Source of the DNA: Eledone cirrhosa
Taxonomy: Eukaryota
Direction of reading: 5' to 3'
NCBI GenBank assembly: GCA_964016885.1
Contig: OZ024741.1
Coordinates: 358,794,001 to 358,858,000 of the forward strand
DNA: 64,000 nt
Positions 24,301 to 37,700 of this stretch are shown here, in pieces. Numbering within the stretch: position 1 is the first letter of the stretch; each line of letters opens with the position of its first letter. Made by a program: the position numbers and the translations under genes. The notes under the pieces were generated by a model. That model was not told the DNA's origin, did not search any database, and worked only from the letters and a program-made list of their open reading frames with translations.

Positions 24301-27300
24301 AGTGAGTATAGGCAGACTGCTGCAGAGGACTAGTTCAACTCAAGCCAGCATGGAAAAATGGACATATGATGATGTACCTAATAACAACAAATTAATCATC
24401 ATCCTCATCATTATCACCACCTTTTAAAACATTTGCTCATGATGGGACTCCATCTATGAAGTCGATCTGCTTTGTATGTTCACCAGATTAGTAGGCTATC
24501 AAGTAGCTGATTAATTTCTTGAAGCAGGTGTTTCAGATGGTAAGGTCATTTGTATCACAGATCTCTCTAAGTCTTGGTCCATCTACATTTCTCAAGCCAT
24601 ACCCATTGTTATCCTATACTTCATAGTAGCCATCATAATGTTGTCCAACATGTTCATTAAAGTTACCAGTTAAGATAATGAAATCCTTGTAATTTGTTAT
24701 TGAGATGGTCTACAAAAAGTCCTCATAAAAAGGATCCTTTTGTTCATTAGTCAGTCCCAATTGTGGTGCATAAGCAGAGACGATAGTTTAAGTTTCAAAC
24801 TTCTATCATATACTTTAACTACCTCAATAACTCTACTTATCCACCTCTCTGCTAACATTATACCTATTCCATCTATACTTTATTCATTACCTATCCAGAA
24901 ATGTTTGTGAGGTATCTAGTTGAGGCTCCTCTTAATCTCACTTCTTGCACTCAGCATATGTCAAGCCACCTCCATTCCAACATTTCCACAAGTTCACTCA
25001 CTGTACCTTTCATTCTGCCAATGTTAATAGAGGCAGCCCTAAAATATGTTACCTGACAACGGAATTGATTCAAACATCTGAAGGCGCCTGTACACTGGAC
25101 CTGAAAGGAAGATTGTGATCACTTGATGACAGTCAAGGGTTTCTCACACATGGCCAGATGTTTCCACCCCACTCCTGTACACAACACTAACATGACCAGA
25201 TGTTCCTACCTAACCTCCACTACTGTACACAACACTCACATGACCAGATGTTTCCACCTACTCCCCCACTACTGTACACAACACTCACATGACCAGATGT
25301 TTCCACCTACTCCCCCACTATTGTACACAACACTCACATGACCAGATGTTTCCACCTACTCCCCCACTACTGTAAACAACACTCACATGACCAGATGTTT
25401 TCACCTAACCGCCACCTACTCCCCCACTACTGTACACAACACTCACATGACCAGATGTTTTCACCTAACCGCCACCTACTCCCCCACTACTGTACACAAC
25501 ACTCACATGACCAGATGTTTCCACCTACTCCCCCACTACTGTAAACAACACTCACATGACCAGATGTTTTCACCTAACCCCCACCTACTCCCCCACTACT
25601 GTAAACAACACTCACATGACCAGATGTTTTCACCTAACCCCCACCTACTCCCCCACTACTGTACACAACACTCACATGACCAGATGTTTCCACCTAACCC
25701 CCACCTACTCCCCCACTACTGTACACAACACTAACATGACCAGATGTTTTCACCTAACCCCCACCTACTCCCCCACTACTGTACACAACACTAACATGAC
25801 CAGATGTTTTCACCTAACCGCCACCTACTCCCCCACTACTGTACACAACACTAACATGACCAGATGTTTTCACCTAACCCCCACCTACTCCCCCACTACT
25901 GTACACAACACTAACATGACCAGATGTTTCTACCTAACACCCAATCCTACTACTGTACACAACATTAATATGAGCAGATGTTTCCATCTAGTTACTGCAC
26001 CAATGCACACAGTCCTAAACATGTCTTTCAGGGTTTTTCATTTAGTGTTTCATTTAGTGTTTACTATTCATAGATTTGTCATAATTTTAATGGTTAGATG
26101 CTCTTTCTACCACCAATTACTTCACAACATGGACAGTGTGCATTTTATCGCACCAGCAGCACTAGATAGGTTATCTACCATGACTAAAGTATCTCCTCTA
26201 CACCATGTCAATTTTATTCAGAGTTATTCAGACAGGTTGCCTTCATTATGGCTTACAGAGACCACATCTTCTCTGTGCAGTATTTTATTTTGAGTTATAA
26301 GTGCTACACAGTGGGAACCTAGAATCGCATAGCTGAAAAGTGAATTTCTTAACTCCACAGCTTTATCTGTGCCATATGTTGGGCTACCATAAATAATGCG
26401 GACCAAGCAACTTTCCCTGATGACTCACGTGGAAAGATGTTGTGGCTGTTGTCTCTTCCATGTAAAGGAGATGATATTTGTAGTGTTTTTTTTTAATATG
26501 ATTAGCTCAGTTTTTTGGCTCTGTTTCTACATCTGGGTGGCCTTTGTAATGGCCATAGAAACCATGCCAAAAATAGAATGTATCTGAGCAAGATGTAGTC
26601 CCCTGTCCAGTAGTTTCAATTATGTACTGACTTTCTCTGTAACAACCTGTTAAACTCATCCCAGTATGGAAATGACAGACATTAAATGATGATGGTGATG
26701 ATGATAATGACAATGATGATGCTGCTGCTGCTGCTACTGGGGATGTTTTTTTGGTTTATCACAAGTAATTATGAATCTTACCTTCTTTAAAAAGATAATA
26801 TCTTGAAAAGTCCTGAAAAGGTTAAAAACAGTAAAATCATTTGAAAATGTTACCTGAAATATAGTTATTTTTGAAATAAAATATACAATTATATTTACTA
26901 GTTTAACTTTTAACATGATTTAACAGGAAATATCTGAAAAATGGGTTTGTTAATTAATTCAAATGTTTACAGTATCTTTACTAGCGGAAAGTTTGTTGTG
27001 AAAAATTGCAATATTACAGTAAAGATTTTAATTTTTAAGAAGATGCTGTCATAGAGATGCTTTGTACTTTTCATGAATGTCTTGTTAATGTGGTTTCATA
27101 CAGTAGAGGATGTTCCAAGTTAATAAATAGTAAGCAGTCTTATAAATTATAGGATTACCTACCAATTTTATGAATAGTTAACACTAATTTTATAAAAAGA
27201 GTAAATGGCTATATGATTAAGAAGCTTGCTTCCCAAACACATGATTTTTGGTTCAATCCCACTGTGCAGCACCTTGAGTAAGTGTTCTCAACTATAGCCT

Positions 27301-29085
27301 TAGTCTGATCAATGCCTTGTGAGTGACAATGTAAAGGCTCTCATATCAGAATATGAAATGATAGAGGAATGAAACTATGGAATATTAGACCAGATTTCTC
27401 TAAAGAGATTGTGTAGGTGTCACGACAAAAAGCACCCAGTCCACACTGTAAAATGGTCATGTAGGAGACATGGTAAAAAGGTTCCCAGTCCACACTGTAA
27501 ATGTCGTTGGTGCTAGGAAGGGCATCCAGCCATAGAAAACCTCCCAGATACAGTCCTATAAACCTGCAGATACAGTCCTATATGAGTGAGACACGGTCAC
27601 CCGATCAATCTTACACCCCCATGGCTAGATATTCTTGTGGTTAGATAACCTCTTGACCAGACACCCTTGTTGCAAGACATTCTGGTGGTTAGACACTCCT
27701 GTGACCAGATACCATTGTGGTCAGACATTCTTGTAGACAGACACCCCTGTGAACAGACATCCTTGTGATGTGTCAGCTATATTGTACTCCATGGTTAGCC
27801 TCTGATCTTGTGTTCAGAGATCTGTGTTACCAGACACCCTTGAGTTATATGTATAATGGGCTGATTAGTAGGTTGACATTCTGGTGAATGTCATGATATA
27901 TAGGTGTTGTCCTCACCATTTCTCTTATTAGTATAGAATTACAGAAATAAATACAACACTTACCAATTTGTACATGTAGAGATATCCAAACAAAGTGATC
28001 ACAGTGACTAGGACTGCAATTAAGAAATATAACAGGGCACTGTCTGTTATTGAAGGAAGGACTGCTAATGCCAGGATATTAGCCAGAGAGGCAAATGTTC
28101 CACCAAGAGCCTTAAAAGAAAAGAAAATGAATGAGAAAAGAAATAACAGATTTTATTTCTGTGAAATGAAAGGAAGAATTATTGCCTATGATTTTCAAAT
28201 AATTTGAAAAATAATCAAGAATTTGAAGTGTTGAGTAAAATAACTAACTTTTTTTTCATTTTTATGCTGGTGCTTGCAGCATCACCACTATCATCATTTA
28301 ACAACTATTTTTCCATGCAGATATGGATTGGACAGGTCATCACAGACCAAATCAGTACTTAATTAAATGGTTTTGCACTATAGAAGCAAGTGTAGCTTAT
28401 AAAACACATACTCACCTGTCCTCCCATTAAGGCACTCATGTATTTAGTTGGCATTATACTGGCTAAACCACATGCTGAGGCATTCAATACAGCAGAGAAT
28501 CCTAATAAAAAAATATTTATAATAATAATAATGATGATGATGTAATAAAATAATTGTTTCTACTTTAGGCACAAGGCCAGCATTTTGAAGGGGAGGGGAA
28601 AGTTGATTAGATCAACCCCAGTGTCTTACTGGTACTTTATTTTATTGACCACATAAAAATGAAAGGCAAAGCTAACCTCGGTGGGATTTGAAATCAGAAC
28701 GTAAAAGGCCGTAATTTTATGCCACGAAGCATTTGGTCCAATGCTCTACCGATTCTGCCAAATAATAATAATAATGGTGATGATGATGATGAAGTGATGG
28801 ACACACAAGGTTGGGACAATACAAGGATGAAAAATAAGACAAAGTGGGGTTTATATTGAGTAAAGGGAAAGGAAAAATCGACAAATGGAAAAAGCAGGTA
28901 TAATAATGGCTTTTAATTTTGGCATCACTAGTAATTTTGGGGAAGGGGAAAGTTGATTACATTGACTCCAGTACTTGACTGGTACCTTATTTTATTGACC
29001 TCAGAAAGATGAAAAGTAAAGGGCCATAATTAAATGTTGCAAAGCATTTTGTCCAACCCTCTAACAATTCTACCAATCCACCAAC

Positions 29086-29137
<52 letters not shown>

Positions 29138-31742
29138 TAATAATAATAAGTTAAGAAGAAATTACTAACTGACATAAAAATTGATCAGATCAAAGTTATC
29201 GAAGGGAAAATGAAACATGGGTCAGTGAAAAAAATGAGATCATCAATGATAAAGAAATGCATACAAATGAACTCGCCAACTTGAAGAATGAAATTATGAT
29301 CGAGTGGATGAAAATGAAAGAATGAGACACCCTCCCTAAGATCCAGAACTCCAAACAAAACCAGAGAATAATATGCAAGACTCACATAGCTCTCAAAGAC
29401 ATTATCACCACAAATAAACTAAACATTACTGATCTAAATCATCTCTACTATGCATCAGCTAAAGTCACCACTCACTTATATGGAGTGAAAATGAAAAAAA
29501 CAAAGGAATTCCCACAAGAAATCGACTTGGCAAGAGAACATCAATCGCCAAATAAACCTTCTCCGATCTGACATAGAAATTTTAGCAAACTACAAAGTAG
29601 GTTAACATGTTAAACAAACTAAACTCAAAAAATTGAAAAGAAAATACAATATAAAATCAACAAGTGACATAGACATGATAGAAACATTCCAGCAAAAAGT
29701 GTTGGCCAAAGCTGCTTGTATAAGGCGCTTTGAAAAACGATCTAGATTCTAAAACAAGTAAAACAACTTCTACAGAAAAATTGACAAGTCAACAATAACT
29801 ACTAAATCAATACCACTCAAGGAGAGAGTGCAAGAATTCTGGAAAAAGATCTGGGCCGAAGAAAAAGTTTATGATATACATGCCCCATGGATAGACAGAC
29901 AAATGAAGATACAGCTCACCTTGGGGAACAAACATGGGAAAATATAACAGTTGAACATCTGTGTTTAGCTCTTAGAAAATCCAGCAAATGGAAATCCCCA
30001 GGGAAAGACAAAATACCAAATCTTTGGATAATTGCCTTCACAGAGTCTCATGAGCTCTTAGCCCAACTTTACAATGAAATGGTTAATGAGCCAGAAAAGA
30101 TACCATCATAGCTAGTTAACGGCATTACATTCCTGCTTCCGAAGAATGATGAGACAAATAATCCAAAAAATTACAGACCGATAACTTGCTTGACCACAAT
30201 GTATAAAATCTTAACATCAATCCTAACTAAATATACATATGATCACCTGATAACAAATGATCTATTTCCCAATGAGCAGAAAGGATGTAAACGAGGCTCA
30301 TATGGCTGTAAGGATTAGCTTTTGATTAACAAACTGATACTGGAAGATTGTCATAATAGACACAAAAATCTATCAATTGCTTGGATAGATTACAAAAAAG
30401 CATTTGATAATTTGCCACACAGTTGGATTGAAATGTGTTAGGAGATTTTCAAAATATTTTCCATTGTCAGGAGGTTCCTGTCATTCAGTAAGAAAACATG
30501 GAAAACAACACTCCTTTTGAACAGAGAAAAAAAAATCACTGGAAGCTGGAGATAGAATATATCTCCCTAGGAAAGAAGGAGGATGTGGATTAATCCAGTT
30601 AGATATTGCTTTGAAAACTACAACAATTAGATTATCTACATATTTGAGAGGCACATGATGAGATGATAAAATTTGTTTTGAAACATAAAAACATCAAAAG
30701 ATCAAATTTCATTACAAAAATGCACAAAGATACAGTAATGAATTACAAATTTCAGAAGTTCCCTTTACTGCTGAAATGAAAAACACAGAAAAGAGCAAAG
30801 CAGGTAAAAGTAACTGCAAAGAAAGAACTGCTACAGAAACCGACTGAGAAATTGCAAGAAAAGCCTTTGTATGGAAAATACCCAGAAAGAGCTAACAATC
30901 CTGATGTTGACAAAACTTTAACCCATCAGTGGTTGGCATCCTCTGGACTGAAATCGGAGACTGAAGGACTGATTATATCAACACAAGATCAGTGTCTGCC
31001 AACAAAAAATTATCAAGCAACATCATAAAAAATGGATGCAACCATTATGCCATGTATGTAAAAAACAACCAGAGACCATTGATCATATAATTTCAATGTG
31101 CAGTCCTATAGCTCCAACCGAATACCTAAACAGGCACGACAGAGCTGCACAATACATACATTGGGTAATGTGTAAGCATTTTGACCTGCCCCATCAAAAG
31201 AATTGGTGGGAGCATCAACCACCTCCCGTACTTGAAAAAGGTCACATCTCAATTTTGTGGAACTTTAACATCCAAACAGACCGAAAAATAGATGCAAATA
31301 GACCTGATATAATACTGAAGGACTTTAAAAAGAGGGTATGCCTGCTAATTGATATGTCCGTTCCTATAGATAATGTATCTATAAAAACATTTGAAAAATT
31401 GAGCAAGTATAAAGACCTGGAGATAGAGATTGGAAAAATGTGGAAGTTGAGAACTAAAACAATACCAGTGGTTGTAGGCGCTCTCGGAATAATACCTAAG
31501 GGGTCTAATGATTACTTATTACAAATCACAGGAAACTCGTGTATAGAAGAAATACAAAAGATAGTACTAATGCGAACTGCCCATATACTAAGGAAGATTC
31601 TGTCAATATAAGTACACCACAAGTTTAAACACCTAAAGATATATGTGTGTGTGTTCTTTCTTCAACATGGCAGACCTTGTCGTCTCTTGAGGTCACTGGT
31701 TATGACTTGGTGATAACTCGTATGATAAATGAAAAAGAAAAA

Positions 31743-31773
<31 letters not shown>

Positions 31774-34700
31774 CTTTCTTTATTAACCAGAAGGGTTGAC
31801 ACAAAGTATAACATTAAGGACAACACAGGACGGTACAAATGGGCATTTCTGTGTGTAAAAAACAAAAACAGAAGTGGTAACAAAAAAAAAAAACACTGAA
31901 AAATTCCCCAATAGGGAGGAGACTTATAATAATAATTGTTTTTACTTTTGGCTCAAGGCCAGCAATTACCCAGTGCATTACTGGTACTTTATTTAATCGA
32001 CCCCGTCAGGATGAAAGGCAAAGTTAACCTCGGCGGGATTTGAACTCAGAATAGCAAGGGCTGTAAATCTATGCATCAAAGTATGGCGTCCGACCCTCTA
32101 CCGATACTGCCAATGTGGTTTCTTATATAGGCACAAAGCCAGCAATTTTGGGGGGAGGGGAAAGTCGATTAAATCGACTGCAGTGCATGACTGGTACTTT
32201 ATTTTATCGACCTCGTAAGGATGAAGGGCAAAGCTAACCTCGGCAGGATTTGAACTCAGATTAGTAATCAGAGATTGAAACTACTACTCAAACATTGCAG
32301 CATGTTTGCCATTTCATAAAATCACTGACACACCAACAATAATAATTGTTTTCAAATTTGGCCTTGAGCCAAATTTGAAGGGAAGAGGAAAGTCGATTAA
32401 ATCAACCCCAGTACATGACTGGAAGGATGAAAGGCAAAGTTGACCATCGTAGGATTTGAATTTAGCATAGAGTATCAGGATGAATTCTGTAAAGCATTCT
32501 ATTCACTAAAACCCTTGTCAAGAAAATGGCCCAGTGTAGCAATTCAACAACTAAAACCAAATAAATAATTTCTTTCGCTGCCCTTAATCCCTGGTGGAAT
32601 AGTAGAATTGTAACATATGTCACATTTAAACCTGGCAGAGGTCATTTTTTATCAGGCCTAGGGTACAGCTAATTTGAGAGAGAGAGAGAGAGAGAGAGAG
32701 GAATCAATCCCAGTATTGAACTGAAACTTTATTCATCAACCCTCAATAGGTTAAAAGACAAAGTTGACCTCTGTGGGATTTGCAATTACAGATTAGAGAG
32801 CTGGAATGAATAATGTAAGACATTTTATCTGGTTTCCTCATGACACCACCAATTCACTGCCTCAATAAAAACATATACATCTATAGAGAGATGTGTGACA
32901 AAAGAACTTTGATAGACTATATATATGTATTTTTTAACTGTTGGTCAATCAATGATAAACATTGATTGCCAGATAAATTAACTATGGAGATATAAAAGAT
33001 ACAGAAGCGAAAACCAATCCAAACCAAACAATGAGTGTGTTTTACTATTATTCTGGCAATATTATAACAATATGACCCTCCCCAAATATAACAATATTTG
33101 TTTCAACACACGGTTTCATATCAAAAACCTTGCAAAACAAATATAGAGATAGATTTCTTTTTATTGAGGTAAGCATATATGGTTTACAATAGGTATTCTG
33201 TATCCTTGAGTGCTGCAAGAGATGATAAAATATTGTCTCATAAAGGATTAGGTTGTAATAGAATATCTCAAAATCTGTCATGGTGCCCATTTAGCTAACC
33301 CATGCTTCAGCAGGAAAAATTTCAGGAAAAAGTGCTTTTATATATATATCTTATTTTGCAACAGCTAAACAAACATGAAAGATATTGAGAGAAAAAAATA
33401 CTTACCACTAAAAAGTATAATTGTCAGGATAACAATAATGAAAAATACTGTTTGATCTGGAATGTAAAATAAGGACAATTTGACAATGAATAATCTACAT
33501 CATTCAGCTACAGAGGCTTAATGAGGGAGTTATTGCCCTGCTAGACAGGTCAGAGAATCATGTCTTTCTCATACTCTCCATTTCTGATAGTGTTTCTACA
33601 GCTGGTCTCCCTTCTTAAAATTAAATACTTTGCAAAGTGCATTTTATCAGGATGTCAGTACAGGAGAGGTTGTCATGTGTTTGGCTAAGTTAAAGGCTCC
33701 TTCTCATTCTACATTGTCTCTGCTCATTTGCCAAACAATTTACAGAGTGTACTGGGTGCTTTTCATTGTGGCCCCAGCACTAGAGAGATTATCATATCCT
33801 TGGCCAGACTGTTGTCTTTGGTTTATCAACAACTTAACAGTGTACTGGATGTATTTTATCATAGCACTAGCAATTGTGAGGTTGCCGTGGGCTTGACACA
33901 GCTAAAGAGTCCTCACTACCCAATAGTGTTTATGTTCATTCAAGGTAGTATAATCAAGAGGATGAATAGAAAAAAGAAAAATGACAAAAGAACCAGTGTG
34001 AGTGGGTGAAATGAGTGAGAATATGCTGGGAGAAATAAGATAATTAGGGTAAAAGGAGGACAAAGAAATAATAAAACAGCTTGTATGAAGTATTTTAAAT
34101 AAGAAATGAGTGTGACACTTACAAGAGTTTGTATCGACCTTGACAAAACTTAACGTCAACACCAACAGTAGTATTATTGATATCATTGAGGTAGTGAACC
34201 TCGTCTTCATGCTAACACTGAAAAATATATAAAACAATTATTTTTCTTATTTTCATCATCACAAAGTGGTTAATTGGTAGAGTCGTTAGAGTGAAGGACA
34301 AAATGTCTGTGAGACTTATTTAGAGTATTCTATATTGCACGTACAATTCCTGTCATGTTCAATTTTGTATTTCATCCTTCTAGGTACTGGGTGTGATTTA
34401 ATACTGCTATAAATCATTGAATATGTGGATCATTAGCTCAGCCTGTAAAATAGTAATGCTAGTACCACAGACAAAACACTCAGTCCATCCTGCCAGGTGG
34501 TAGTGGTGGTCCAAGGAGAAAATGAGCCCTATACATACCGTAAACTGGTTGGCATTATGAAGGAAATCCAGTCATAAAAACCATGCCAAACTGGAAAGTA
34601 TGAGCAACACATAGCCATCTGATTTGCTTGTCTAGCCTCAGAACATGGCGACCCATCTAATCCAACTTATGCAAGATAGATAATAGACAAACGCACTGGT

Positions 34701-37700
34701 GATGATGATGATATTCGCATAAAGCTCAAACCTTTAATTCATAACGTACCCTATACTTTGAATCAGGATTTTGTAAGTTCAGTAGATAGTCACATGTTGA
34801 TTTTTATCTTGTACTCTCTAGAAAGAAAGAAAGAAAACACAACAAACAAACAAAACAACCAACCAACCAACCACCACCAACACTGCTTAACCCTTTAGCA
34901 TTTACATTACTCTATATATACTATTGTATTTTTGTGGTAAACGCTTTATCTCACATAATACTGAGGCCATGAGATTTTGATGTTATTTATTTTGAGAACA
35001 ATACCTTAACATCAGTATGAGCAGCTGGTTACAACTGGTTTGAACAGAAAGAGGTGAGAGAATTCTGGCTGGATATCGCCGGTTTAAATGCTAAAGGGTT
35101 AATGTCTATTTTCTATGCTTGCATGAGTTAGATGGGTTGTCATGTTCTGAGGCTAGACCTGTCAGGTGACCATGTCTAGCTCATGTTACTGTTACTATTG
35201 GTGCTTGTGGTAATGTTTCAATTGGTGTTAGTGATATTGTTAGAATTGGTGCTGACATTAACTTACCATTTTACAATAATTACTATGAGTATATTACAGA
35301 GAACATTTGAGACAGTAGCTGAGATTGCGAGGGAACTTTCAAAGTAGTGTTGTAATGGTGTTATAAATGACACATTACTGGCTAATGTTGTATTTCTTAA
35401 CTTGAACTGGAAATACTGCAAAATACAGAGAGAGAGGAACAGAATAGATTAATAAATTTTTGTTAATGTTAACACTTTCAAATAAAATACATTATTTGTT
35501 TTAATTAACTTTGACAATAATCAAGAATTTGGGACAATATATCTTTTTCATTATTAAGTTGGTTTTTGAAACATAACAAAAGTTCTGACATAACACTATG
35601 ATGGAAGGTTTTAATTTAAATAAAGACATTTTAAAGCAAAATGTTTTATATCATGGAACAAAGGATGGTCTTGGGGGATTTGTAGCAAAAGAGTTAAGGA
35701 ATATATCTAATAACTAGCAATGGATAATGTATTTTGGAACACGGGCCACCAGCAGACCTAATCGTGGAAAAACTGCATGCCTGGACAATATGTAAAGAAA
35801 ATAAACCGAATACTCTGATGGCTGGATAATCTAAGATTTTCCTCGATGAAGGAGGAAAAAGGCAGGTTTTCACCTAATGCGGGCCCTAGGGAATCAAGAA
35901 AATGAATTTTTTTTATGTGCATAATATGCCTTGAAATTTCGGGAAAATCGGCTATACATAACGCCTCAAAAAAGCCCTAAAAAGCTAAAAAAAATGAAGT
36001 TTTTCACCTAATGCGGGCCCTAGACCATAAAAAGGTTGGATTTTCTTTGCTCACGGTATGGAGAAGAGATTGACTAATACATAGTTACAATTTCAAGGAA
36101 ATCGGTCTGGTGTAACGCATCGAAAAACCCCTAAAAAGCTGGAAAAAATGCAGTTTTTCACCTAATGCGGGCCCTAGGGGATCAAAAAGTTGAATTTTTT
36201 TAATGTGCATAACACTCCCTGAAATATAAGTAATACACATGTAAAGTTTGAAAAAGATCGGTTGGGTACTTCTCGGGTTTCACACACACACACATACATA
36301 TATCCTTCCTCAGTTTTATATATATATATACATATATAGATTAAAATAACAGATTAAAGTTTAAGCAAAGAATCGTTGCTTTCACCCTTAACGGGATCTT
36401 CTGAAACTAAAAACATCAATCTGTGAACACAGAAGTAAATATTTCGAAAAACGTTGCAATGGAAGGAAAACAGGAAGACGATACTTTGGTTCGTGAAGAC
36501 GTTCCCTGGCAATGAACTGAAAATAGCGAACATAATACGTCATCAATGTTCGTCAGAATGTCGTAATGCAGACAGCCAGGCATACAGACAGATATTATAA
36601 GAGCGCGTTTTTGAGATGGATAACTGGCGACGGAGATCGATAACCGGTGCCTAACACCCTTTTAACAATAGAAAATTGAAAAATAAAAGCTGCAGTTAAC
36701 ATCTTTAGACCGCAAGGAATATATAAATGTAAGTTTGAAGTCAATCGGAGTAGAAATGTGGAGTTGTATAGACTTTGCAAAAATGAGGACACACACGGAC
36801 ACAGACAACATCAGTTTTATATATATAGATAAATAAGAGCTAGAAATTACAAGAAAAATCTTAACAAAAACTTTGAGTGAGAGGAAAGACATATTGAGCA
36901 ATATAGACTCTGTTATATAAGCAAATGGGGTGGTCATAGTTGGAATGCTTTTGATCATAGTTTTGATCAATTAGAGCTGCTGATGTGTTAGGGAAATGGA
37001 CAAAATGCCTTGCTTTCTGAATTCAAATCTCGCCAAGACCAGCTTCGCTTTTCATCCTTCTGGGGTCAATAAAATGAAGTACAAATCAAGAACAATGAAA
37101 TGGTAGAATAGTTCGCAAGCATTTGATTCGCTTCTTTGTATTTTAATTTCAAATCTTACTATGGTATTTGGGTGCTAGACTTGATCTGTTGCCTGGTTTA
37201 ACACCACCACCATCATCTAGTCCTTGGGTACCTTCTGACTTTTGTCATGTCAACAACAACAGTGTTAATAACTACAGCAACAGCAGCACTAACAATAATA
37301 ACAGTAACAATAATAACAATAACAACAGTAACAATAACAATAACAACAGCAGCAGTAACAATAACAACAGTAACAATAATAACAATAGCAACAACAGCAG
37401 CAGTAACAATAACAACAATAACAGCAGTAGTAGCAATAACAACAGCAACAGTAACAATAATAACAGTAACAACAACAGCAGCAGTAACAATAACAATAGC
37501 AACAGTAACAATAACAATAACAACAGCAGCAGTAACAATAACAACAGTAACAATAACAATAACAACAGCAGCAGTAACAGTAACAACAACAGCAGCAGTA
37601 ACAACAGCAAAAGCAGCAGTAATAACAACAAGACCAGCAGTATTAGAAACAACAGCAGCAGGAACAATAACAACAGTAACAACTACAATAACCACCATCA

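Noticed and set aside
25556-26293. 245-aa repeat protein
   Set aside because: Product of a 60-bp minisatellite; no splice or domain support
27600-27850. Degenerate ~21-bp repeats (agacacccttgtg)
   Set aside because: Old low-complexity array with no further structure or coding signal
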